Below are positions 24,581 to 38,275 of a stretch of 64,000 bases of DNA, in pieces (the stretch's first letter is position 1; every line of letters begins with the position of its first letter). The translations under genes were made by a program, and so were the position numbers. The stretch comes from Octopus sinensis (lineage: Eukaryota): assembly GCF_006345805.1 (NCBI RefSeq), contig NW_021833284.1, forward strand, positions 14,515 to 78,514, in the 5' to 3' direction. The notes below the pieces were generated by a model. That model searched no databases. It had not been told where the DNA came from and saw only the letters and a program-made list of their open reading frames with translations.

Positions 24581-26526
24581 TTCTGTCTGTTTGTCTTTTG
24601 GTTTTCTCATGTCTGTCTCACTTTCTCCATTTCATTTGTTTAATTCTCTCTTCAAGTAAAATAAAACAATTTTTTTCCATGATTTTGTTTGCCGAATAGC
24701 AACCCTGACCTCTCTGCAGCAGACCCCACACCCTCAATTGCTAAGAGGTTATTATCCAACTCCCTGGGTCAGCCTGATCCAAAACACTAATAAAAAAAAT
24801 GGTTTCCATACTATCTCAATCCTGTCCTACATTCAGACAATATTTCTAAGACAACATTATATTGTACTGAGTCAAAAGTTTTACAATTTTTTGGTAAATT
24901 CCTTGCTTTCTTTGTCAAAATGCAACAGTAGCAGGAGTGGCTGTGTGGTAAGTAGCTTGCTAACCAACCACATGGTTCCGGGTTCAGTCCCACTGCATGG
25001 CACCTTGGGCAAGTGTCTTCTGCTATAGCCCCGGGCCGACCAAAGCCTTGTGAGCGGATTTGGTAGATGGAAACTGAAAGAAGCCCGTCATATAGGCGCA
25101 GGAGTGGCTGTGTGGTAAGTAGCTTGCTTACCAACCACACGGTTCCGGGTTCAGTCCCACTGTGTGGCATCTTGGGCAAGTGTCTTCTGGTATAGCCCCG
25201 GGCCAACCAATGCCTTGTGAGTGGATTCGGTAAACGGAAACTGAAAGAAGCCTGTCGTATATATGTATATATATATGTATGTGTGTGTGTTTGTCCCCTT
25301 AGCATTGCTTGACAACTGATGCTGATGTGTTTACGTCCCCGTCACTTGGCGGTTCGGCAAAAGAGACCGATAGAATAAGTACTGGGCTTACAAAGAATAA
25401 GTCCCGGGGTTGATTTGCTCGACTAAAGGCGGTGCTCCAGCATGGCCGCAGTCAAATGACTGAAACAAGTAAAAGAGAGAAAGAGAGAGAGAGAAGCAAC
25501 TTAGCTGGCATCCAGAGTTGAGGCCATCATGTTGCACCGTCTGAAGCTACCATTCCACCAGTTCTTTGATACCAGTTCTTATTTCTTTATTGCCCATAAG
25601 GGGCTAAACACAGAGGGGACAAACAAGGACTGACAAAGGGATTAAGTCGATTATATCGACCCCAGTGCGTAACTGGTACTTGATTAATCCCCCAAAAGGA
25701 CAAAAGGCAAAGTCAACCTCAGCGGGATTTGAACATGGAACGTAGCATCTGACGAAATACCTATTTCTTTACTACCCACAAGGGGCTAAACATAGAGACG
25801 ACAAACAAGGACAGACAAAGGGATGAAGTCGATTATATCGACCCCAGTGTGTAACTGGTACTTATTTAATCGACCCCGAAAGGATGAAAGGCAAAGTCGA
25901 CTTTGGCGGAATTTGAACTCAGAATGTAACAGCAGATGGAATATATATATATACTTGGAAAAGAATGCGTAGTGTTCAATCATATAATGATATGAATAAT
26001 ATATAAATATATGCATATATACATACACATATGTACATACCTACATATATATGTATATATACATGCATATATGGGTACAGGACATCAAAGAAACATTGAA
26101 CACAATGAGAAACGAAAACATAAAAACAAAAACGTAGAAACATCGACCCCAGTGCGTAATTGGTACTTATTTAGTAAACCCCAAAAGGATGAAAGGCAAA
26201 TTGACCTCGGCAGAATTTGAACTCAGAACGTTGTGGCAGATGAAGTACCGCTAAGCATTTTGCCCAGTGTGCTAACATTTCTGCTAGCTCGCTGCTTTCT
26301 GATACCAATTTGTCAGAAAATTACTATTTTTTAATCTCACAACATGAGATATTCAGCAACAGTACTTTGTAGTAAAGATTGTTTGCCAACATAACATGGC
26401 AGTCCTGGTTTAGGACGAAGGTTGCTGTAATTTAGCCCCAGGAGACATCGTCACCAGCTGGCTATATGACACGATATGTACCCAAGAATAGCTTAGGATA
26501 CAAGTTAATTAGCAAACTAAGACATA

Positions 26527-28994
26527 CTAGCACTATGACCCGACAACGCTCGGTCGTAGCGCTAGTGCATGCATATACAGCTGCGTGCGTGCACACATAC
26601 ACGCGAGTACTGTCCAAATCTCCGACCAATCACATACAGCTAGCTGGCATTCAATTGGCGTATCAAGTTTCGGGCATTTTGATTGGGTTTTGGATAGAAA
26701 ATTCACAAAAAAGTCACTTCTATTGATTTTTTAATGGCTTTGCTGGGTGACTGGGGAAATATAAAGATGTGCACAACCACCCTTGGACGGTTTTGAATGA
26801 CCATAGAAAGTGTGAGCCCTCTAACTGAAAAATTATGGATTTGTATAAAGGATACACACACACAGACAGACATTTTGCCATTTATATATATATTTAATGG
26901 CTTTGCTGCGTGACTGGGGAAATGTAAAGATGTGCACGACCACCCTTGGATGGTTTTGAATGACCATAGAAAGTGCAAGCCCTCTAACTGAAAAATTGTG
27001 GATTTGTATAAAGGATACACACACAGACAGACATTTTGCCATTTATATATATATTTAATGGTTTTGCTGGGTGACTGGGGAAATGTAAAGATGTGCACAA
27101 CCACCCTTGGACGGTTTTGAATGACCATAGAAAGTGCGAGCCCTCTAACTGAAAAATTGTGGATTTGTATAAAGGATACACACACAGACAGACATTTTGC
27201 CATTTATATATATATTTAATGGCTTTGCTGGGTGACTGGGGAAATGTAAAGATGTGCACGACCACCCTTGGACGGTTTTGACTAACCATAGAAAGTGCGA
27301 ACCCTCTAACTGAAAAATTGTGGATTTGTATAAAGGATACACACACACAGACAGACATTTTGCCGTTTATATATATATATTAATGGCTTTGCTGGGTGAC
27401 TGGGGAAATGTAAGATGTGCACGACCACCCTTGGATGGTTTTGAATGACCATAGAAAGTGCGAGCCCTCTAACTGAAAAATTGTGGATTTGTATAAAGGA
27501 TACACACACAGACAGACATTTTGCCATTTATATATATATTTAATGGCTTTGCTGGGTGACTGGGGAAATGTAAAGATGTGCACGACCACCCTGGATGGTT
27601 TTGAATGACCATAGAAGTGCGAACCCTCTAACTGAAAAATTGTGGATTTGTATAAAGGATACACACACAGACATACATTTTGCCGTTTATATATATATAT
27701 TTAATGGCTTTGCTGGTGACTGGGGAAATGTAAAGATGTGCACAACCACCCTTGGACGGTTTTGAATGACCATAGAAAGTGCGAGCCCTCTAACTGAAAA
27801 ATTGTGGATTGTATAAAGGATACACACACAGACAGACATTTTGCCATTATATATATATTTAATGGCTTTGCTGGGTGGACTGGGGAAATGTAAAGATGTG
27901 CACGACCACCCTTGGACGGTTTTGAATGACCATAGAAAGTGCGAACCCTCTAACTGAAAAATTGTGGATTTGTATAAAGGATACACACACAGACAGACAT
28001 TTTGCCATTTATATATATATTTAATGGCTTTGCTGGGTGACTGGGGAAATGTAAAGATGTGCACGACCACCCTTGGATGGTTTTGAATGACCATAGAAAG
28101 TGCAAGCCCTCTAACTGAAAAATTGTGGATTTGTATAAAGGATACACACACAGACAGACATTTTGCCATTTATATATATATTTAATGGTTTTGCTGGTGA
28201 CTGGGGAAATGTAAAGATGTGCACAACCACCCTTGGACGGTTTTGAATGACCATAGAAAGTGCGAGCCCTCTAACTGAAAAATTGTGGATTTGTATAAAG
28301 GATACACACACAGACAGACATTTTGCCATTTATATATATATTTAATGGCTTTGCTGGGTGACTGGGGAAATGTAAAGATGTGCACGACCACCCTTGGACG
28401 GTTTTGACTAACCATAGAAAGTGCGAACCCTCTAACTGAAAAATTGTGGATTTGTATAAAGGATACACACACAGACAGACATTTTGCCGTTTATATATAT
28501 ATATTTAATGGCTTTGCTGGGTGACTGGGGAAATGTAAAGATGTGCACGACCACCCTTGGATGGTTTTGAATGACCATAGAAAGTGCGAGCCCTCTAACT
28601 GAAAAATTGTGGATTTGTATAAAGGATACACACACAGACAGACATTTTGCCATTTATATATATTTAATGGCTTTGCTGGGTGACTGGGGAAATGTAAAGA
28701 TGTGCACGACCACCCTTGGACGGTTTTGACTAACCATAGAAAGTGCGAACCCTCTAACTGAAAAATTGTGGATTTGTATAAAGGATACACACACAGACAT
28801 ACATTTTGCCGTTTATATATATATATTTAATGGCTTTGCTGGGTGACTGGGGAAATGTAAAGATGTGCACGACCACCCTTGGATGGTTTTGAATGACCAT
28901 AGAAAGTGCGAGCCCTCTAACTGAAAAATTGTGGATTTGTATAAAGGATACACACACACACACACAGACAATTTGCCGTTTATATATAGAGAGA
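26527..28994 (-). mobile_element. Non-autonomous Helitron, family 2, with the 5'-terminal ~161 bp repeated 14x
   Basis: The minus strand starts A|TCTCTCTATATATAAACGGC and ends GACCGAGCGTTGTCGGGTC-ATAGTG-CTAG|T. Fourteen copies of ctaactgaaa lie at 161-163 bp spacing. Confidence 0.78.
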
Positions 28995-30102
28995 TTAGCG
29001 TAAACACAGTTGCCAAAGTAATTCAGAAGTACAAAGCTACTGGACGGCCAAGCAATGCACATCGCCCAGGTCATCTGTCTATTTTAACTCTTTTACTCTT
29101 TTACTTGTTTCAGTCATTTGACTGCGGCCATGCTGGAGCACCGCCTTTTAGTCGAGCAAATCGACCCCGGGACTTATTCTTTGTAAGCCCAGTACTTATT
29201 CTATCGGTCTCTTTTGCCGAACCGCTAAGTGACGGGGACGTAAACACACCAGCACCGGTTGTCAAGCGATGTTGGATAGGACAAACACAGACACACAAAC
29301 ATATACACACACATACATATATACGACAGGCTTCTTTCAGTTTCCATCTACCAAATCCTCCCACAAGGCTTGCCCAACATGCCACGCAGTGAGACTGAAC
29401 CCGGAATCATGTGGTTGGTAAACAAGCTACTTACCACACGGCCACTCCTGCGCCTGTGCATGATGTTCGCCACATCCTATGTTGCATGATGGAGGACAAG
29501 CATTGAACTGCTTCATCTTTGACCCAAGAAGTGTCTTCTGTATGTGGAAAGAGTGTATCCACCCAAACAGTTTGCCAAATTTTGAAGCAGTGTGGTCTTC
29601 ATGGACACATTCCTTGTAGGAAGCCCCTCTTCACTACCAGGCATAAATTCTTTTCTTTTCTTTTACTTGTTTCAGTCATTTGACTGCGGCCATGCTGGAG
29701 CACCGCCTTTAGTCGAGCAACTCGACCCCGGGACTTATTCTTTGTAAGCCCAGTACTTATTCTATCGGTCTCTTTTGCCGAACCGCTAAGTTACGGGGAC
29801 GTAAATACACCAGCATCGGTTGTCAAGCGATTTGGGGGGGACAAACACAAACACACACACACACACACACACTCACACACACACACACATATATATATAC
29901 ATATACATGACAGGCTTCCTTCAGTTTCCGTCTACCAAATCCACTCACAAGGCTTTAGTTGGCCTGAGGCTATAGTAGAAGACACTTGCCTAAAGTGCCA
30001 CGTAGTGGGATTTAACCCGGAACCATATGGTTGGTAAGCAAGCTACTTACCACACAGCCACTCCTGCGCCTATATATATATATATATATAAAATATATAT
30101 AT

Positions 30103-30133
<31 letters not shown>

Positions 30134-30610
30134 CTCCCTGCTTCCATCTCCTGAGCGCCTATTAATAATAATACTGTAATTGTTCCTGTTGTTGTTGTTT
30201 TTTTGTTTCCCTTTTGGATTAAAATTATATATATATATATATATAATATATATACATATATATACATATATACGACGGGCTTCTTTCAGTTTCCGTCTAC
30301 CAAATCCACTCACAAGGTTTTGTGCGGCCTGAGGCTATAGTAGAAGATACTTGCCCAAGGAGCCACGCAGTGGGACTGAACCCGGATCCATGTGGCTGGT
30401 AAGCACCAAAACCTATGTGAGTAAGGGGAAGGAGTTTTGGACTAAATTTTTTTTTTTCTGGCAAGACTAAATTCAACTTGTACAGGTGAGATGGTATTTA
30501 ACGAGTATGGTGATGACCAGGTGAAGATAACAGTGACAAAAGCACCGTGCCGGCCTTGAAACACAACGATGGAAGTGTTATGCTTTGGGAACGCATGAGT
30601 GGACTGGAGC
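28995..30610 (+). pseudogene. Fragmented Tc1-family transposase interrupted by SINEs
   Basis: Collinear pieces with stops: ISVNTVAKVIQKYKATG (28995), VSTQTVCQILKQCGLHGHIPCRKPLFTTRHK (~29560-29647), FWTKFFFSGKTKFNLY..DG and LKHNDGSVMLW (30405-30600). These match Tc1 RKKP, W..VLWSDESKFNL and KHGGGSVMVW motifs. Confidence 0.8.
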
Positions 30611-30935
30611 AATGTGAAAATAAAGTGTCTTGCTCAAGGACATAACACGTTGCCAGGAATTGAACTCACAAGCTTACAATCATGAGCTGAATGCCCCTAA
30701 CCATAAAGGCATGTGCGTTCACACATACATACATACATATATAAATATGTGTGTGTGTTTGTATGTATATATATATATATATATGCATGTATATAAATAT
30801 ATACATATATATATGCACACACAGATATATATATATACATATATATACTTACATATATATATGTATATATTTATATATTTGTATATATATACACATATAT
30901 GTGTGTGTGTGTGTGTGTGCATGTATATATATACA

Positions 30936-30971
<36 letters not shown>

Positions 30972-31184
30972 CATATATATATATATTATATATACATACA
31001 CATACATATATATATATGTATGTTATCTATATACATCAAATAACTGAAACTAATAGAAGAATAAAAGAATATATATATGTTTATTTATATATATATATAT
31101 AATATATATATATATATGTATATATATATTTATATATATACATGTATATATATATTTATATATACATACATACATGTATATATA

Positions 31185-31238
<54 letters not shown>

Positions 31239-31583
31239 ATATACACATGAATGTATATATATGTATATATTATATATATACATATATATGTGTATATATA
31301 TATGTGTGTGTGTATATATATATATGTATGTATATATATATATATTTATATATATATATACATATATGTATGCATGTACGTGTGACACTCTACGTAATAT
31401 TTGTTCTGTATTTCTCTTTTGTCCTGTCTAAGCCCGAATCTCCAGTTACAAGAGGAAGAATGCTGCTAACAAAATCGGACAAAAACAAGGTGAGTTTTTG
31501 ATATTCCGTCGAGAGAAACATTTCGTTGCATAACACACTCACATTCACTGTCATTCGCTGAGTTTCGTTGCAAGAATTTGGCA

Positions 31584-31623
31584 ATGCCAAGCAAAAACAG
31601 TTACATGGATCTAAAGAACAACG
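31584..31623 (+). CDS. Candidate first coding exon of the + strand chitin-binding gene (MPSKNSYMDLKNN, phase 1)
   Basis: An ATG-initiated frame ends at a perfect donor, acg|gtaagt, in an island of non-repeat sequence. The phase-1 join to 36733 gives a signal-peptide-like stretch. A further donor, aag|gtgagt, lies at 31489/31490. The link to the gene is inferred. Confidence 0.35.
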
Positions 31624-32310
31624 GTAAGTGATTTTACACAATTTAATAATATACTCTTTTCTCTTTTACTCTTTTACTTGTTTCAGTCATTTGACTGCGG
31701 CCATGCTGGAGCACCGCCAGTACTTATTCTATCGGTCTCTTTTGCCGAACCGCTAAGTGACGGGGACGTAAACACACCAGCATCGGTTGTCAAGCAATGC
31801 TAGGGGGACAACAAACAGACGACACAAACACATACACACCATATATATATATACATATATACGACGGGCTTCTTTCAGTTTCCGTCTACCAAATCCACTC
31901 ACGAGGCATTGGTCGGCCCGGGGATATAGCAGAAGACACTTGCCCAAGATGCCACGCAGTGGGACTGAACCCGGAACCATGTGGTTGGTTAGCAAGCTAC
32001 TTACCACACAGCCACTCCTGCGCCCATTTGATTAGATCAAATATGATTGGATCATTACAATAATAATAATAATAATAATAATTAATTCCTTTATTGGCCA
32101 CAAGGGCTGACAAATATGATTCGAAAACATAAAGGGACAAAACAGGACGAAAGGTTACAAAAGGTTTTTTGCTAACCAACCACATGGTTCCGGGTTCAGT
32201 CTCACTGCGTGGCATCTTGGGCAAGTGTCTTCTGCTATAGCCCCGGGCCGACCAATGCCTTGTGAGTGGATTTGGTAGACGGAAACTGAAAGAAGCCTGT
32301 TGTATATATG

Positions 32311-32351
<41 letters not shown>

Positions 32352-33311
32352 TTGTGTGTCTGTTTTGTCCCCCTAGCATTGCTTGACAACTGATGCTGGT
32401 GTGTTTACGTCCCCGTCACTTAGCGGTTCTGCAAAAGAGACCGATAGAATATGTACTGGGCTTACAAAGAATAAGTCCCGGGGTCGATTTTGCTCGACTA
32501 AAGGCGGTGCTCCAGCATGGCCGCAGTCAAATGACTGAAACAAGTAAAAGAGAGTAAAAGAGAGAGAGTAAAAAGCAGTTTAACAATCAAAAATCTTAAC
32601 AACGAGAAACCCCCAATAGAGGAGACGCTTCGAAAAAAGAAAAGGTCTCACGTGGAAAAACCCATAAAAGCCACGGAAGCCTGGTCAAAAGTGGGGTAGA
32701 GAGCCCCTTTCTCCTTTTATAATACCTTTTTCAATTACAGGCGAAACTTCAAAATTGGTTCATTTATACTGGCCATTCTTGCACAATTCTCTCACCTTTC
32801 AGAAAACTTGCTATCGGACAGCACTCTCCTCTCTAACCTCATCTTCCTTTTCAATAATAATAATAATGATAATAATAATAAACTTTTATTCTTTTATTCT
32901 TTTACTTGTTTCAGTCATTTGACTGTGGCCATGCTGGAGCACCGCCTTTAGTCGAGCAAATCGACCCCAGGACTTATTCTTTGTAAGCCTAGTACTTATT
33001 CTATCGGTCTCATTTGCCGAACAGCTAAGTTACAGGGACGTAAACACACCAGCATCAGTTGTCAAGCGATGTTGGGGGGACAAACACAGGCACACAAACA
33101 CAAACACACACATACATACATATATACGACAGGCTTCTTTCAGTTTCCGTCTACCAAATCCAAGGCTTTGGTCGACCTGAGGCTATAGTAGAAGACACTT
33201 GCCCAAGGTGCCATGCAGTGGGAATGAACCCGGAACCATGTAGTTGGTAAGCAAGCTACTTACCACACAGCCACTCCTGCACCTATAATAATAATTATCC
33301 TTATTATCATA

Positions 33312-34212
33312 ATAGTTGTGTGCAAAAGTGCCACACTCTAGCAGTTGAGGGAACCTGTGGAAGAGGTAGACCCAGGAAAACCTGGGACGAGGTGGTGAAG
33401 CACGACCTTCGAACTTTAGGTCTCACCAAGGAAATGATTAGAGACTGAGACCTATGGAAGTATGCTGTGCGTGAGAAGACCCGGCAAGACCAGTGAGAAC
33501 AGTCAAAATCAAACCAAATCAACATCAGCGGCAATTGCAGCTGTGGTTAAGCGAACCATCCGATCATTTGTCCGTTGCCAGCCTCGCCTGGCCCCCGTGC
33601 CGTTGGCACGTAAAAGCACCGTCCGCTCGTGTCCATTGCCAGCCTCGCCTGGCCCCCGTGCTGGTAGCACGTAAAAGCACCATCCATTCATGTCCGTTGC
33701 CAGCCTCGCCTGGCCCCTGTGCCGGTAGCACGTAAAAGCACCATCCGTTCGTGTCCATTGCCAGCCTCGCCTGGCCCCCGTGTCGGTAGCACGTAAAAGC
33801 ACCATCCGTTCGTGTCCGTTGCCAGCCTCGCCTGGCCCCCGTGCCGGTAGCACGTAAAAGCACCATCCGTTCGTGTCCGTTGCCAGCCTCGCCTGGCCCC
33901 TGTGCCGGTAGCACGTAAAAGCACCATCTGTTTGTGTCCGTTGCCAGCCTCACCTGGCCCCCATGCCGGTGGCACGTAAAAACACCATCCGTTCGTGGCC
34001 GTTTGCCAGCTCTGTCTGGCACCTGTGCGGGTGGCACGTAAAAAGCACCCACTACACTCACGGAGTGGTTGGCGTTAGGGATGGCATCCAGTCATAGAAA
34101 CACTGCCAGATCTGACTGGGCCTGATGAAGCCTTGCAGCTTCACAGACCCCAGTTAAACCGTCCAACCCATGCTAGCATGGAAAACGGACGCTAAATGAT
34201 GATGATGATGAT
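33312..34212 (+). mobile_element. RTE 3' end (ORF tail plus 3' UTR with about seven ~61-bp internal repeats)
   Basis: Near-identical to 21760-22510. Other tail copies lie at 1-165, 608-898, 10880-11245, 15617-16240, 19640-19772, 37402-37845 and 57676-58170. Confidence 0.88.
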
Positions 34213-34280
34213 GATTATTATTATTTTTACTATTATTATCATCATCATTATTATTATTATCATTATTACTATTATTATTA

Positions 34281-34379
<99 letters not shown>

Positions 34380-34654
34380 CATTATTATTATTATTATTAT
34401 TGTTATTATTGTCATCATCATTACGGCAAGCAGTATTTATTCTGTCCTTGCGTTTTGAGTTCAAATTCTGCTGAGGTCAACTTTGTCTTTCATCCTTTCG
34501 GGGTCAATCAAATAAGTACCAGTTGTGTACTGGGGTCGATGTAATCAACTAGTCACCTCCCAGCAAATTTAGGGCCTTGTACCTTCAGCAGAAAAAATTA
34601 TCATTATTGTTGTTGTTCTTCTTCTTTTTCTTCTTCTTCTTCTTCTTCTTCTTC

Positions 34655-34686
<32 letters not shown>

Positions 34687-34702
34687 ATTATTATTTTTAT
34701 TA

Positions 34703-34740
<38 letters not shown>

Positions 34741-34800
34741 TTTATTATTTTTATTATTATTATTTTTATTTTTATTATTATTATTATTCTATTATTATTA

Positions 34801-34831
<31 letters not shown>

Positions 34832-34833
34832 CA

Positions 34834-34882
<49 letters not shown>
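34195..34882. repeat. Two long (ATT)n tracts flanking a SINE fragment
   Basis: Seen directly in the sequence. Confidence 0.95.
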
Positions 34883-34883
<1 letters not shown>

Positions 34884-34997
34884 AGTTAAATTCAAATTAC
34901 GATGAACGTAAACAAACAAAGTTTGCTTTAGAAGTGTTTAGATGCTTTAGAAAGTTAAAGAAGTGATTTTATATTCTCCAATGCAGGATAATACTAA

Positions 34998-35632
34998 TGA
35001 GCTGGCAGACTCGTTAGCACGCCGGGTGAAATGCTTAGCTGTATTTCGTCTGCCCTGTGGGTAGTAAAGAAATAGGTATTTCGTCTGTCGTTACGTTCTG
35101 AGTTCAAATTCCGCCAAGGTCGACTTTGCCTTTCATCCTTTCGGGGTCGATTAGATAAGTACCAGTTACGCACTGGGGTCGATATAATCGAATTAATCCG
35201 TTTGTCTGTCCTTGTTTGTCCTCTCTGTGTTTAGCCCCTTGTGGGTAGTAAAGAAATAGGTATTTCGTCTGTCTTTACGTTCTGAGTTCAAATTCCGCCG
35301 AGGTCAACTTTGCCTTTCATCCTTTCGGGGTCGATTAGATAAGTACCAGTTACGCACTGGGGTCGATATAATCGAATTAATCCGTTTGTCTGTCTTTGTT
35401 TGTCCTCTCTGTGTTAAGCCCCTTGTGGGTAGTAAAGAAATAGGTATTTCGTCTGTCTTTACGTTCTGAGTTCAAATTCCGCCGAGGTCGACTTTGCCTT
35501 TCATCCTTTCGGGGTCGATTAGATAAGTACCAGTTACACACTGGGGTCAATATAATCAAATTAATCCGTTTGTCTGTCCTTGTTTGTCCTCTCTGTGTTT
35601 AGCCCCTTGTGGGTAGTAAAGAAATAGATAAT
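34998..35632 (+). mobile_element. tRNA-derived SINE, family C, with three ~184-bp tandem units
   Basis: gagctggcag...gagttcaaattcc B-box. The unit gtgggtagtaaagaaatag recurs near 35057, 35241, 35424 and 35608. Relatives at 25620-25940, 26150-26300, 41560-41770 and 55970-56105. Confidence 0.8.
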
Positions 35633-36732
35633 ACTAATAATATTACCTGAACAGGATAAGCATGTGTGTGTGTGTTTGTCACTCATCTGCTTCATAACTG
35701 GTGTTAGTTTGTTTACATCCCCATAATCTTAAGGTTTGGCTAACGAGACTGGAATTGATTTCTTTGGCTAAACCCTTCGACATATTGCTCCAGCCTGGTC
35801 ACCATTCAATGACAGAAGTGAATAGAAAGATAAAAAAATAAAAAGACATTCTCTTATTTTTTAGCTTGCCTCAGTCATTGGGCTGCGGCCATGCTGGGGC
35901 ACCATTGACCTCAGTACCTATTTGTCAATTCTGCTACTTATTCTATCAGTCTCTTTTGCTGAACTGCTAAGTTGTAGGCACATAAACAAACAAACACTGA
36001 TTGTCAAGCAGTGGAGGTCAGAGCAAATAGACACAAACACAAAGGAACACATATACATACAATGGGCTTCTCCACAGTTTCCAATTGCCTGTTTCACTCA
36101 CTGGACATTGGTCATTCTGGAGCTGTATTGGAAGACACATACCCACAGTGCCATGCAGTGGGACTGAACCTATAACCAACTGGATGCAAAGCAGACTTCT
36201 TAACCACACAGCTATACTTTTTCTCTTTTACTTGTTTCAGTCATTTGACTGCGGCCATGCTGGAGCATCGCCTTTAATCGAGCAAATCAACCCCGGGACC
36301 TATTCTTTTGTAAGCCCAGTACTTATTCTATCGGTCTCTTTTGCTGAACTGCTAAGTAACAGGGACATAAACACACCAGCATCGGTTGTCAAGCAATGCT
36401 AGGGGGACAAACACAGACACACAAACATATACACATACACATATATATACACATATATACGACAAGCTTCTTTCAGTTTCCGTCTACCAAATCCACTCAC
36501 AAGGCTTTGGTCGGCCCAAGGCTATAGTAGAAGGTGCCACGCAGTGAGACTGAACCCGGAACCATGTGGTTGGTAAACAAGCTACTTACCACACAGCTAC
36601 CCCTGCATCTCTTCAGAATTTTTTATTTGCCATTAACTCATGAAGTTAATGTAATCGGCTGACCCATCCCCTTGAAATTGCTGGCCTTTTGTCAAAATTT
36701 GAAGCTAATTCCCTTTCTCTATTTTCTTGCAG

Positions 36733-37256
36733 CTGTCAATATCAATGTCAAAACAGTCGTTGCCGTCACTACCCTCGTGACCGTCATCTTTTCTGTCAAC
36801 ACGAGTTCATGTGTGTAGACTACTCCGTGTATCCGAATGGCCAGTGTGACAAGTTCATACGTTGCGTTGGCCACAGACCGATCATCATGAATTGTCCGAT
36901 AAACACGTTGTACAACGTCGTCCTAAGGGTCTGCGATTGGCCCTACGCCGTCGTTTGTACGTCGCCAGCCTTCAGGACCATCAGAACCAGCAGGGTTGTC
37001 ACCGATCACATTACAGTTCCGACATCCACGACAACGACGGAAACGTCCACAGCAACGGTAGACGACGGCTTCAGAGGGGTCAGTGACAATGGCATTACTG
37101 ACAGCGGTGGTGGAGGTGGCATTCACACTAGGACGACATATTGGCTGGTATCATCTTTGCTCTCTTCCTCGGCGATACCACCTGTGCATGTGACGACAGC
37201 ATCACCTGTGACAACGATGGAAACATTTCTAACGTCAAAGCTGTCAACTGAAAAAG
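36733..37256 (+). CDS. Chitin-binding protein exon: peritrophin-A (CBM14) domain plus Thr/Ser-rich linker
   Basis: Acceptor ctattttcttgcag|, donor aaaaag|gtaaat. CVDYSVYPNGQC-DKFIR-C-VGHRPIIMN-C-PINTLYNVVLRV-C-DWPYAVV-C has CBM14 spacing (x10, x5, x9, x12, x7). Followed by VPTSTTTTETSTAT. The frame of the first ~80 nt is ambiguous (see findings). Confidence 0.85.
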
Positions 37257-37845
37257 GTAAATCCTCAAGATTTTTTCAGATTCTAATTTGTAAAACTGAC
37301 CATTGTCCAGAAAGATAATTTATTCAATGTTTTATTTATACAGTGAAGACTTAAGCAATGTGTTCAAAGATGATTAACCCTTTGGAATTTAAACCGGCCA
37401 TCATCATCATCATCATCATCATTGTTTAATGTCCGCTTTCCATGCTAGCATGGGTTGGACGGTTCAACTGGGGTCTGGGAAGCCAGAAGGCTGCACCAGG
37501 CCAGTCATATCTGGTGGTGTTTCTACAGCTGGATGCCCTTCCTAATGCCAACCACTCCATGAGTGTAGTGGGTGCTTTTTACATGCCACCGACACAGGTG
37601 CCAGACGAGGCTGGCGAACGGCCACGCTCGGATGGTGCTTTTTACGTGCCACTGGCACGGATGCCAGGTGAGGCTGGCACGGCCACGATCGGATGGTGTT
37701 TGTTACGTGCCACCAGCACGGAGGCCAGTTGATGCGGTGCCGGCTATGGCCACGTTCGGATGGTTCTCTTATGTGCCACCGGCACTGGTACCACAACTAC
37801 AAATTCCATTGATGTTGATCGATTTCGATTTTGATTTAGTTAGTT

Positions 37846-38275
37846 AGTTAGTTAGTTAATTTGGCTCAAAAGCAAATAGCAAGGCCATATAGGGGGACAT
37901 GGAGTTAAGTACAGGGTGGTGTTCATGTAAAGAGTTCAGGCCACTTGAGGTCAAGGGAGGCTTTGAACAAAGCGGTCGTCGGCATCTTCACCATCTCGTC
38001 TGGCAGCTTATTCCACGGAGTCGCAACCCGGACGGAGAAAGCTCCTCTCCTTCGATTGAGATGAAATCGTCGCAGGTAGAGCTTTTCGGAATGACCCCGC
38101 AGCCTACGCTCTGGAGCAGGAGTGAAGAACAGCTCTTTCGAGAGGTTACACTTTCCACTTATGATGTTGTGGGCGAGAATGAGATCACCACGGCGGCGGC
38201 GTTTTTCAAGAGAATAAAGGTCGAGCGTCCTCAGCCATTCTTCGTAGGACAAGCGGGTAGCCAGCATTTGATTTT
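37846..38275 (-). mobile_element. CR1-clade LINE 3' fragment (same family as 53625)
   Basis: RLSYEEWLRTLDLYSLEKRRRRGDLI...PWNKLPDEMV, with a (TAAC)n tail. Confidence 0.87.

Noticed and set aside
23863-24610. YI/CV/HT-rich ORFs (also 30630-31500, 45755-46606, 59752-60842)
   Set aside because: Translations of dinucleotide and trinucleotide microsatellites.
32740-32860. Signal-peptide-like frame RNFKIGSFILAILAQFSHLS after an acceptor-like ttacag
   Set aside because: There is no usable downstream donor and no in-frame ATG-bearing partner exon.
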